Origin: Octopus vulgaris | Taxonomy: Eukaryota | Reading direction: 5' to 3' | Assembly (NCBI GenBank): GCA_951406725.2 | Contig: OX597815.1 | Location: 178,064,001-178,128,000, forward strand | Length of the DNA: 64,000 nucleotides | Part shown: positions 52,330-64,000 of the stretch, piece by piece | Numbering within the stretch: the stretch's first letter is position 1 | Layout of the letters: each line of letters starts with the position of its first letter | The notes under the pieces: model-generated | What the model was told of the DNA's origin: nothing | The model's input: only the letters and a program-made list of their open reading frames with translations | Databases searched by the model: none | Program-made: the position numbers and the translations under genes

Positions 52330-53780
52330 AATGCGAAGTGAGTTCCAGTTTTTTCCACCAACTCTGTTGCATTTCAAGTCAACCGACTGCCCAGAATTCC
52401 GCCAGTTTTATATCATACGTGCCACCATACATGGTTTACTTCTGATCCCTCATAAACATCTTGTACATCATACATCCCCACAAGCGTTCCCTTTTCTACG
52501 CTGCAGCCGAACCTTTTAGGGCCTTGCTAAAAACATTCTCTAATCATTGTGGGGGGTTCTTTTACTCCTCTTCTGAAAAGGCCCTGCAAGCAGTAAACCA
52601 TGTTCCAAGCTTCCCCTTTCAACCTAACTCTACTCTATATAACATTGATCAACCTACCACTGGTTCTCCATCTCGCAGACACACTTTCTGTTGTTTGGAA
52701 GAAACAACGCCCCTGACCTTCTCGCAATCGGAATACTAATTTCGGTTATGCCCATTCCAAAGAATGACAAACCCTTTCGACAAGCGAAATATCACACTGT
52801 TCCTCTTATTTCTAACCTTTTGGCGTCAATCATTAATAACGAACTTCTCCAAAACCTTGAATGTTTATCTTTCTCCTTAGGGACCAATAGGCTATCAATT
52901 TAGAGAAACTTGGTGCGAGCAATGCCTATACTCTAAACATCAGCTAAACCACGAACCGTAACTGGCATGCAAATCCCTTATTTAAGTCTTCCTATATAAG
53001 GATTCGTCTGTCTTTCAAGTCTTGGACCGGCAGCTTCCTATTTATTCTTACCATCGCAGTCTATATATATACGGAACTCATTCTGTCCAACTCTCGATCA
53101 ATTCCCCGAGACTCGATTTTGTCTCCGATTCTATTCCTCAACCTACTTACCACTACATTCAAAACCCTCAAACTAACTGAGACAACATAACCCTTGACTC
53201 CACCCAAGTACCTCGACAACTGATGACAACTATGAACTAATTTTATAAATGGAGAGTTGGAAAGAATCTTTCAGTGCGGCCAGACCAACCTCGATTCTTT
53301 TAACAGCCAAAATAATTCTGAAGCTCTACGTATATCAACAAAGCACTTTCCATCACGCCCGAAGCGACATGTAAGGCACCTTGCTAGTACCCTCTACTTC
53401 GCTCCAAATGTTGGGTCGAAGATCTCTCCTGGGAACACGTCCATATTTATAGCTCGGAATTTTCCCCAAAGATTGTACGTTCTCTTGAGGACTAAATAAT
53501 ATGTCAGTACCGAACACCTGATGAGAATCCACAAGGTTCATCCATACTGGAGCAATGCTCCAACATCTTGGGTAGACCAACAATTATGCACACAGGCATA
53601 CTAAACCGTATCCAGAAAAGGACCACATGAATGCCATGCCACATTCAGTGAAGCTAATCCAAGAGAAAATCAATTCATTTGGCTGGGGCATTCTATCTCA
53701 CTTTCCCTCCTAATCCTAACCTGATCTCACACTATTAGATTTTCACCTGCAAATCGAAAAACATTCGGAAGTTGCGCTCC
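52330..53780 (+). mobile_element. Decayed LINE RT remnant (CR1/RTE-X/Jockey-like)
   Basis: VMPIPKNDK...KYHTVPLIS..SIINNELLQNLE, ERIFQCGQTNLDSFN and LEQCSNILG resemble PxNYRPIxL, WGxxNLVxFN and LEYCSxIW. Confidence 0.6.
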
Positions 53781-55099
53781 AAGCACATTTCTCGTGTAAA
53801 GAATTTGATGTTTCTGCCCGAGGAATCAGAAAACATGTTTCGCGGTTGGAAGATGTTATTGCTAACGATGGCGATTATATTTCAAATGAATAAATATGTT
53901 TTCGATAAGTTTTATGCTGATTTGAACTTATTACATGAAATGCGACATTACTTTTCGGTAGCCTTAATATCTCTGCATAGAAACTTACACTCACGCCCAC
54001 ACAGATATCTGTGAGAGAGAGAGAGAGAGACGGAGAGAAGGAGCTTAGCTATATTTGGCGGTAATGGATATAATGCTAGGTAACGAGGCATCATTGCCTT
54101 GAAGATAAGTTAGAATGTTTTTGAGACATTTTCGATTAAGTAATTTGGTATGAGTGATTTTGTTTTGCGTGTACAGAGCGTGAAATTGAAACCAAAATGG
54201 GGGAGAAAATGATGGCTTTATCTACGAGTGTTACTCGGAGAATAATTTTTGTTGACGTGTTGCTAAATCTTAGCTGTCACTTAACAAGTCATCTATTACA
54301 TTGAAGTGAAGATAGAAGCTACTAAGCTTCTTACCTCATCTTATGTGATAAATGAAAATATTATTAGTCGTTGAACGCTATTAAATTAATTTATTCTCAA
54401 AATATTTCTATTTTCCCTCGACGACAAAGGTAGAATATCGTGCACTTACTTAGGAATGGTTTTATCTCTCCCTCGGCATTCATGTTATGTTTGGCAGATT
54501 ATCAGAATAATCGGAAACAAGTTTTGTGATATCTTCAATACTTGCCGAAATAGCTAAAACGTAATATTTTGATACTTAATAATCTAATATATAATATCAG
54601 AATAAAGTAAACCTAACTAAACTCAGGCTTTTATGAAGGGCTTCTTTGCGCCTAAAAACAGACAACACTTTCGTGTGAATATCGATGTTATATAAAATTG
54701 AAAATAACATAAATGTGTGTATTTGGAATTTTTTTCATTTGCGTAGGAAATTAAGCAGATTAAATTAGTGAATGATATTCAAAATTGTACATCAAATTAG
54801 TTGTTACTGTACTTGAACCGCTAATTTCATTTGAAACACGATGGCATTCAAAGGCAAATTGATAAATTATTCAAAACTAAGAAGCAATTCCTATTTTCTC
54901 AATTTATTTTCAATTCAGGTATATATCTCCTATTAGTTTTTTTGCATAATCTGTTACAATAAGAGTTAACTCTAACTCTTTCGTCGTACATTTAATGTCA
55001 AAATTTTCTTTGAAATATGCTGGATCATTTTTCATATATCACTTGCAAATAATTTAATCATATTTAATTGTATATTGTAATGAAACATTAATTTAAATT

Positions 55100-55330
55100 C
55101 GGCTTCCCACCACTTTTATTCGCCTCTGATTAATTATATTTGATAACGAACCACGGAGGAAATCATCTGCGTATTTGATAACATAAACTATCAGAACGCA
55201 TGCTATCCAGAAGGAAAGGTCTGAGCAAGATTCCAAGTCGACGAAGTGGTGGGCAAATGTGCCACAGATCACATTGGGAAACATCGTATAACTTAATTCT
55301 ATAGATACTGAGAACGAATCGGTAAGTATG
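55100..55330 (-). mobile_element. Short decayed RT fragment
   Basis: GILLRPFLL followed in another frame by VIKYADD. Confidence 0.35.
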
Positions 55331-55979
55331 GTCACGGTTGCACAGCTATTAATAAGTCTGCCTCGCGCTAAACTGAGTTTAAAACAGCAATATCGAATTA
55401 TCCGCATGGGAATTTTCAAGTTGTTTACGTAAAGAATTTTTTTCTTTTCTCTCCGACACACACATACTCACGCACACATGCATATGTATGGTTGTGTGTG
55501 TGTATGTGTACGTGTGTTTCTTTTAGTTTCTGCTACAAATAGAACTTGTCTGTTGCAATATATCGTGTTATTAAGATACGGTATTCTGGCAAGCGGAATA
55601 CTAGAGTAATATATAAATTGACAATTTCAGAATTCGGTTAGCAATCATAGTCAAATTTAATTCTCCGTCTTCTAATCTTATAGATGCGTGACACAAATCA
55701 AATTACTTTTATACTTTCAACGTCACCCAAATTCAAGAATTTATTGGTTTAGAAAAACTATATTTTACATGCTATTTGCTTATTCTTCAACCTAATGTAT
55801 TGGCTGACCGCGTGGATGTCTATTATTTGTACAAACGTAAATATTCATTGATATCTCAACGCACAGTGCAGCTATATGCCCGTGCGTATGTGTGCACGAG
55901 CGTGGTATATATATACATACATACACACATATATATATATATATGTATATGTATGTATGTATGTATGAATGTATTTATG

Positions 55980-56014
<35 letters not shown>

Positions 56015-56201
56015 AGATATATACATGTATATATATATATATATGTGTGGGGGGGGGGGGGGCGTGTATGAATGTGTATAAAATTATATATATATATATA
56101 TATTATAGATATATATTAAATCTGTCTAATAAAGGCCCGAAACATATGTACCGCTGAATCCTTCGCATCATGTTTTTATTTTATTTTGATCAATATATTA
56201 T

Positions 56202-56203
<2 letters not shown>

Positions 56204-56293
<90 letters not shown>
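56204..56293. repeat. (GATA)n microsatellite
   Basis: Direct inspection. Confidence 0.97.
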
Positions 56294-56294
<1 letters not shown>

Positions 56295-56382
56295 CACGAC
56301 GGGCTTTTTTCAGTTTCTCTCTATCATACTCACTCTCAAGGTATTGGACCATCCGGGATTATAGCTGAAGATAGTATCTGAA

Positions 56383-56420
<38 letters not shown>

Positions 56421-56950
56421 GAGAGAGAGAGAGTAAGAAGTAAACGTATATATATAAATACATATATATATACACATATTTTTTGTGAATGTATGTTTAT
56501 GTGTATGTTCCTATGTGTCTTTTGGTTCACATATGTGTGCGTCTTTGCCTGTATGTAAATATATGTGAGTATATATATATTTAGATGTGTGAATGTACTT
56601 TTGCATACGTATGTGCGTACGTAAATAAATATCATTTCATTAATGTATGCAAAATGAAAATGTAACACTAATTCAGGCTGTAGTAAGATTATAATCTAAA
56701 AAACAACGTCCGTGCGGAGAGTAAAACTATAGATTAGCTGTACAACACATTTCACATTCCTACAGTGAATAGGGGTGACATTGAATGTAAAGAAATAAAT
56801 TGGCTGAAAAGGGTTTTAAGTCTGTAGCGCAGAGACGACTTTCATCATATATCCCTCCCACGCTTAGTAACAATCAGAGATTATAACTGAACGTCTAAAA
56901 CTTACAACATTCATCTGCTTTTATATCGATTTCATACAGTTTATAATAAC

Positions 56951-57161
56951 GGTTTCAAATTTTGGCACAAGGCCAGCAATTTCGAGGAAGGAGTTAAGTC
57001 GATTGCACCAACCCCAGCGCTCAACTGGGTTTTATTTCATCGGCCCTGAAAGAATGAAAGCCAATGTCGACCCGGGTAGAATTTGAACTCAATATAAAGA
57101 CGGATGAAACGTTGGTAGGCATTTTGTCCGGCGTGCTAACGATTCTGCCAGCTCGTCACCT
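56951..57161 (-). mobile_element. Meta-like SINE, diverged
   Basis: Reverse-complement similarity to 9912-10123. Confidence 0.8.
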
Positions 57162-58369
57162 CATCCTCTAATGTATAACAATAGCTACAGACTAAATTCA
57201 ATTGTTGTCTAATTAATTATAAACAAATTCTGAAAAGCCTTTAGCAAGCTAGAATGGGTTTATACAACGTTTCTAACTTCAAATGATATTGAATAAATTT
57301 ATGGAAATATATAAAAGTAAATTTCAATATTTGGGATCACGATTGGAACTCCATAACCTACCCCACCCCTATATTCAATAGATTTGTATTTTTACCCATA
57401 TTTTGCCTTGTTAAATGTCTTTTATTAGATTTCCTATAGCAATAACATACATCTATAGAAATACTTTATATAAACTGCAAAATCTTACTCTGATATGCTG
57501 ATATACATGAATACATAGAAAGAACAATGCTGTTCAGAAAAAAGCTCTTTTTTTAGGATGCCGCCATATAAAACGGAAAAGTCTTAGGCTCATCTCGTGA
57601 TTTCGTGACATTTTCTCGCAACGATGTTTCTATTTTAAGAACTATATATAATTAAGATAATTTATTTCTTCTTAGATGTGGAGCATTCAGTCTGTTTTGA
57701 TAAAGTATAGCAAAAGTAAATCAGTTTCGAAAAAGCAATCGTTATACCTGCTAGGATTTGCTACCTTTCCAACAGACAATTATACATTTCGCTCTCTGAA
57801 TCAACAAGATAGCTTTTATGTGATCTATTTGTTTGCTAGAAATAACAGCCAAATCTCCCTTGAATTACACCTTACAGTCTTTAAATCATTTCTGCTACAT
57901 AACTAACATAGTATGCGGTATACAATGCCCAACAAACAGCGTGGTAGCTACAGTTGGAACGCATGGGTCTCTAAATGTTTTACTGGGGTGAATTAGTGCG
58001 AATATAGGGCTACACATTTTTCTCACCTACTGATTGCTGTGAGGTGTGTAACACGTAGATACTATTTACAGCCTAATGACGCCAACTGGTATGAATGAGG
58101 GACTGTGTTTTACCTGATGCCAGGGATACTATCGACTGCACGGTAACCATCCCGAGAATACGGTCTATGATGTTAAGAAATATATAATTTGTAGAAACGC
58201 GTGTAGCTATGCATTAAAATATTTATAAATGTTTTCCAAAGATTGTGTGTCTGTATCTGTAACTGTGTGTGTGTACGTATATGCGTGTACATTCATACAA
58301 GTACACATTAATATATATATAGCTGTATGGACATATACACATGTAGATATAGGTATACATATGTGTGTG

Positions 58370-58376
58370 TAGTAAC

Positions 58377-58441
<65 letters not shown>

Positions 58442-58541
58442 CAGCAGAGCCAGCAGCAGCAGTAGAAGTAGCAGAAGTAGTAATAGCAGCAGTAGTAGTA
58501 TTGTAGCAGTAGTAGTAGAAGTAGTTGTAGTAGTCACAGCA

Positions 58542-58602
<61 letters not shown>

Positions 58603-58708
58603 AAGCAGTTGTAGTAGTAGCAGAAGCCGTGGTAGTGGCAGTAGTAGTAATGGCAGTAGTGTTGTATTAGCAGCTGCAGCAGCAGCAGAACCAGCAGCAG
58701 CAGCAGCG

Positions 58709-58785
<77 letters not shown>

Positions 58786-58888
58786 GGTGGTGGTGGTAGT
58801 AGTAGTAGCAGCAAAAGCAGCAACAACAGCAACAACAGCAACAGCAGCAGCAGCAGCAGCAGTAGTATTAGTAGTATTAGTAGTAGTA
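58370..58888. repeat. Compound trinucleotide array (AGT)n/(AGC)n/(GGT)n at the RTE 3' end
   Basis: Direct inspection. Confidence 0.97.
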
Positions 58889-60808
58889 GGCATCTTTCGG
58901 TCTCGAGAGACTGTGGATCTGCGCCCAAAGAAATCGTGTCAGCTGCTGTTGGTGGTGCAGCGTCTGCGGTGGCTGTAGAGGCCCACACAGGCGTAGAAGT
59001 CACGCACATACGGACCGCATTTGAAGGCGCTCTATGCTGGCCTTATTGGGTTTTTTTTCTTCTGTCGTCCGCGCTTTTCTTTTGCAGCGAGTTCCTTCAT
59101 TTCCTTTCAGAGTCTCCAGCGTGGGCCATCATTTGTGAACTCCTCCCATCTCAGGACGGCAAGATTTATTGACCAAATATCTCTCTTGCAGACGTCCTTG
59201 AAACGAAGGTGTAGTCGTCCTCGCGCTCTTGTGCCGGTGACCATTTCCCGACAGAGGAAGTGTTTGGGGATCCTTCCGTCCAGCATGCGAGGTACATGAC
59301 CGAGCCAACGCAAACGACGCTGCTGTAGTCGGGTGAGTATTCTGGGTATGTTGGTGCGGTTGAGGACTTCGGTGTTGGTGATGCGGTCGGTCCACTTGCT
59401 ATCCAAGATGCGTCTCAAATTACGAAGGTAGAAGACGCTGAGATGCCCCTCCTATCTGGAGTAGAGGCTCCACATCTCACTGCCGTGGAATACCGTACTA
59501 AGGACGCACGCCTTATAGACAGCAATCTTGGTGCTTGCGGTCAGTTTTCTGTTTACCCAGACTCTCTTTGTGAGTCTGGTAAATGTTGAGGATGCTTGTC
59601 CAGTTCACCTACTGATCTCAGGGTCCAGGTTGAGGTCGTCAGAAATGGTGGAGCCGAGGTAGGAGAATTAATGGACAACCTCCAGCTTGTAGTTGTTGAT
59701 GGTGATGGTAAGGAGTGCTAACCACTTTGGCTCAGTACGTTGGCTTCTTCAGACTGATAGTCATGCTGAATTCCTGACAAACCTTTGAGAATTTGTCTAC
59801 ATGTGCTGCATTTGCTCCTCGGAGTGGGCTGTCAGTGCTGCATCGTCCGCATCCTGGATTTTGATTTTCAGCCTCGACAGACTAAACAGTTTACTGTCTG
59901 ATCTGGTGAGAAGGTAAACACCATCAGTTGATGTCTCAAATGCGTATTTCAGCATAATTGTGAAGAAGAACAGGGTGGGGGCAAGCATACACCCTTGCTT
60001 CACGACGCTACATATGATGAATGTCTGAAAAGAAGAGCCAACAAATTGAACGACGCCTTTCATATCGGTGTGAAGCGACTGGACAATCCTGAGGAGTCTC
60101 GCAGGACAGCCAATCTTGGCAAGGATTTTGAACAGGCCGTCCCTATTGACTAGATCTTCTCTTCTAGCCTTTGGGATTTCGATGAAGATGATGAAGATTG
60201 CTTACCTTTGCTCTCGGCACTTCTTCTGTAGCTCTCGAAGTGAGATCATTCGATGGAGGAGCGTTCTGATCTGAAACCTTCTCAGCAATTTTCTGTTGTA
60301 TGTGGGCAAAGATCTTCCCGACGATACTTAACAGCGAAAATGCCTCGGTAAGTATTCCAGCTGCGTTTGTCTCCTTTGTTCTTATACACGATTATACTGT
60401 TGCAGTATCTCATATCTTGCGGTGCTCTTCCCTCCTCACAGCTGGTGGGATGCCGTTCAAACCTGGCGCTTTTCCAGTAGGCAAGCCGTCAATGGCGCTG
60501 CTCAGTTCTTCAAGAGTTGGCAGTGTATCCAGCTCCTCCTCCATGACAGGTAGGTGCTCTCCGGTGTCTAGCGCTATCTCAAATGTTGTTTTCCTTGGCG
60601 TTGAGTTCGGAATAATGTTCTACCCATCTATCCAGCTGCTCCCTTTTGCCTTTGATGACTTCTCCTGTTCTGGATTTGCGTGGAGCTATCTTTCTCTGGG
60701 TTAGGTCGATCGCTTTCTTGACATCCTGATACATTCCGCGTATGTTTCCCATGTCAAACTAGTGGTTACATAGTTACATAGTTGTAACCAGTAGTCATTG
60801 GCCACGCC
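58889..60808 (-). mobile_element. 5'-truncated RTE (BovB-like) LINE, disabled
   Basis: ANDYWLQLC, GNIRGMY, RWVEHYSEL, VKQGCMLAPTLF, ADDAAL, RRLRWLGHVPRMLDGRIPK, RFKDVCKRD, GLYSHRRRC. 3' end GTCTCTCGAGACCGAAAGATGCC + (CTA)n. Confidence 0.93.
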
Positions 60809-60825
60809 ATATGTGTATCAATTGA

Positions 60826-60905
<80 letters not shown>

Positions 60906-60920
60906 ATATATATATATATA

Positions 60921-61190
60921 TGGCTTAGTGGTTAAGGTGTTGTAGTCAGGATTTCGAGACAGTGGGTTCGATCCCGAGCCCGAGTGTTGCGTTGTGTTCT
61001 TATGTAAAGCACTTCATGTCACGTTGCGATCGTTTCGACTTCTGACATGTGGCACTCAGTTGCACCTGTACACGTAAAGTCGATCAGATGGAGGGGGTGA
61101 GCTTACGTCTACACAAACATTCGATCACTTTAAACAAATCATCTGTGTGGTTGATTTGTAAGAAATTGCCGAACGCTCATACATCATCTC
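60921..61190 (+). mobile_element. tRNA-derived SINE (CORE-like body, tail 4)
   Basis: TGGCTTAGTGG, GGTTCGATCCC, degenerate CORE-like motif, distinct 3' part. Confidence 0.7.
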
Positions 61191-61296
<106 letters not shown>

Positions 61297-61370
61297 AGTA
61301 GCCAGTTGGACAATCTCAATCAATAAAAGATGAGTGTAGTAAATATACTGACAAGTTAATCGCCTCATTA

Positions 61371-61747
61371 ATATGGCTGTTCGATATTACTACCGTTTTA
61401 AATCTTACGCCAGCTGGTGATAGATGCAGCCTGCACACGCTGTATATTGCAAGCAGGGGAGCGAACTCCTACCATCCTCCTACCTATCCTCAGTCATTAA
61501 CACCCAACCGCTATGAGATGGCAAGGGTGCGCTCCAGCTCGCAGTATGAGGAAAACAAAGTGACCATCGGACTCCTACAACGGGCAGAAACAGCCCAAAA
61601 TCGAGTCGGTCTCGCTATCCCGTCGACTGCATGGAAGGGGTTCGCCTCTCCTACTTGCAATACACACATGGTTCAGGCTGCACTAATATAACCAGCTGGC
61701 GCAAGATCTGCCTGGGCTAAAACGGTAGTAACATCGAACAACCATAT
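61371..61747. repeat. Imperfect inverted repeat (arms of about 105-117 bp)
   Basis: 61371-61475 vs 61631-61747. Confidence 0.85.
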
Positions 61748-61985
61748 ATATATGTATAAGTTCAGCAAAATTTAGATTCAGATGAATATGGTACTTAAGT
61801 CAAAGGCACCAGAATTTTGTATGGTATTATCCATATAAATCCATGGGGTGATTATAATCCAAATAAGCAACAAGTATATCCGAGGTAATGTGGTACAATC
61901 GTTTCATGCTACTTTATTTTATGATGTAATACTTACAGGGTTTCATAAAATGAAGTAGCATGATATACTTGTTGCTTATTTGGAG

Positions 61986-62025
<40 letters not shown>

Positions 62026-62200
62026 CATAGACAGACAGAGAGGAGAGAGTAGGAGGGATGACATCGCAATCTTGATAGAGAAACACAGATGACTAGTAAA
62101 TGTGAATATCTGCAGGTGCCGGTGCCATGTGTGTAAACGCAGGGATCGAGTGAATAAGGGACAATACGATGAAGATGGTGATAAACTAATAATAATACTG

Positions 62201-62256
<56 letters not shown>

Positions 62257-63008
62257 CTACTATCTAGGATAGTAGTCAAATTGTTACCAAAATTTAAAAT
62301 AATGAAAGTAAATGTAACGGTAAAAACTGAGGAAAATAATAAAAATTTAGATAAAAATTCGAAACCTCAAAGGGTTCTGACAAAGAAAAGAATGTTTGAA
62401 GACGTTGATGAGAAATAGCAATTCCTGGAATGGTAGACTTGACTCGAAAGAATAGCTTAAGTCAAGTAAGAATGTGGATGTAAGCAGATAGAGGTGTTGT
62501 TTGTGTGAAAGTAGTTTCGCTTACGGAGAAAGGAATATAAAATATGAGAAAGAAGAGAGAAACGAACGGAGAATAAATGTGGTGGAAAATAACCGAAGAA
62601 GGGGGGAAAAGAGAGGAGAAAATAAGGAAGTTAGGGAGAAGATAAGGGTGAAAAATATTGGCGTTGAATAAGGGTAGTAAGATAACAATATAAACAGAAA
62701 TAAGATGAAGATAATAACCGTGTATATTTAACGACGGGAGAAAAACTATTTGAAATATAGAGATGATAAAAAAAAAAGTGAAAGGATAAAAACAAATTTT
62801 ACAGTGTGCAAATCAAGTCTGAATAGAAGGTGGATAGCTATGTAGATAAATAAGGAGATAAATGGATACATTAAATAATACAAACGCTGGTCGAAGTACA
62901 GGAAATTCACTAAAATGCTTCCTTTCTCTTCGTGTAAACATATGCATGTACACATATATGTATATACACAGATAGCTCTTTTCTTTATGCACACATCATT
63001 GTGTGTGT

Positions 63009-63042
<34 letters not shown>

Positions 63043-63269
63043 CTCAATGTGTTATTCGTATTTTCATCGATTCTGTTATAAACATTTTGCTTTCATGGAC
63101 ACGGATAATATTTTGTTATAAATATCATGTTTTAAATAACAGAAGTACGTAAACAACAATATTCCCAAACTTCTGAATAGCAGAGGCTAGTAATCTCAAT
63201 ACGACCAACGTAATTTACTGTCTTCTTCGGTATTGAGGACATTTCGCTTTTGTTTGTAAGACAAAACGT

Positions 63270-63385
<116 letters not shown>

Positions 63386-64000
63386 GAATGGAGGTGGAGG
63401 AGGAAAGAGAATGAGTAAAATTTGGTCGATATAAATATGCAGTCCTTTCGGCGATTTCTTTATATTCTCTCTTTTTTTCTCTTGCAATTGTTTCTGTTTA
63501 TTTTCTTTTGATATTTTCTAAAACGGTGGATAAAGGTATTCGTGTCTTCATTTCGTGGCAATCTTATGTCGTGTAAAGTAAAAATTACTTTTTAAGGGTG
63601 ATGAACAAGTTACTATTTCATTTTTGTTTAACATTGTATTTTTTATCTTATGATTGTATTATTTATTTCCTTTTAACTGCAAATAGGTTTTTTTTTTCAT
63701 TCTAACCTCATCTTGCGTGATCAAGCGACTCTTTATATTACGAATTATTCTGTAATCGTGCGAAATCAACAAAACACACACCTGAGCCTTTTTCTTTACA
63801 GCAGTCAAAACTATCTCTCTTCAATTTCTCTTGTTTCCACATCCATTATATCCATTAAAAATGTTCAGTTAAATAAATTATACAAAATACCATTATTACA
63901 AATATTTATTTTGTTTTTAGTTTTTATATTTCGCTGATTTATTATGCTATAAAGAACATAAACCATCGCGTACTCTCAATAAATCGAATGAAATATGGTT

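Noticed and set aside
51130-53530. CTGATGA at 51130 and 53518
   Set aside because: Both lie in decayed LINE coding remnants with no downstream stem II-GAAA.

Overview
AT-rich eukaryotic DNA with no recognisable host-gene exon, rRNA, intact tRNA or CRISPR array. The microsatellite load and SINE families suggest a coleoid cephalopod (Octopus-like) intergenic or intronic region; this is inference. Most long ORFs in the track are microsatellite translations. The window is a retroelement graveyard: a near full-length disabled R4/Dong-type RLE LINE (about 44.8-49.0 kb), two other RLE-LINE remnants, RTE and CR1-like LINE fragments, Penelope-like remnants, many tRNA-derived SINEs (several with target-site duplications), a non-autonomous Helitron, a Chapaev3-like fragment and several foldback elements. 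The most interesting signal is a module present at two loci: tRNA-like Pol III A/B boxes, then (AAT)n, then a minimal Penelope-type hammerhead ribozyme, then a tail, with an inverted tail copy at the 5' end. At 14.0-14.4 kb it is flanked by a 12-bp TSD. At 44.5-49.5 kb its (AAT)n tract has been invaded twice by the Dong-like LINE. All family assignments come from motif recognition by eye, without database searches.
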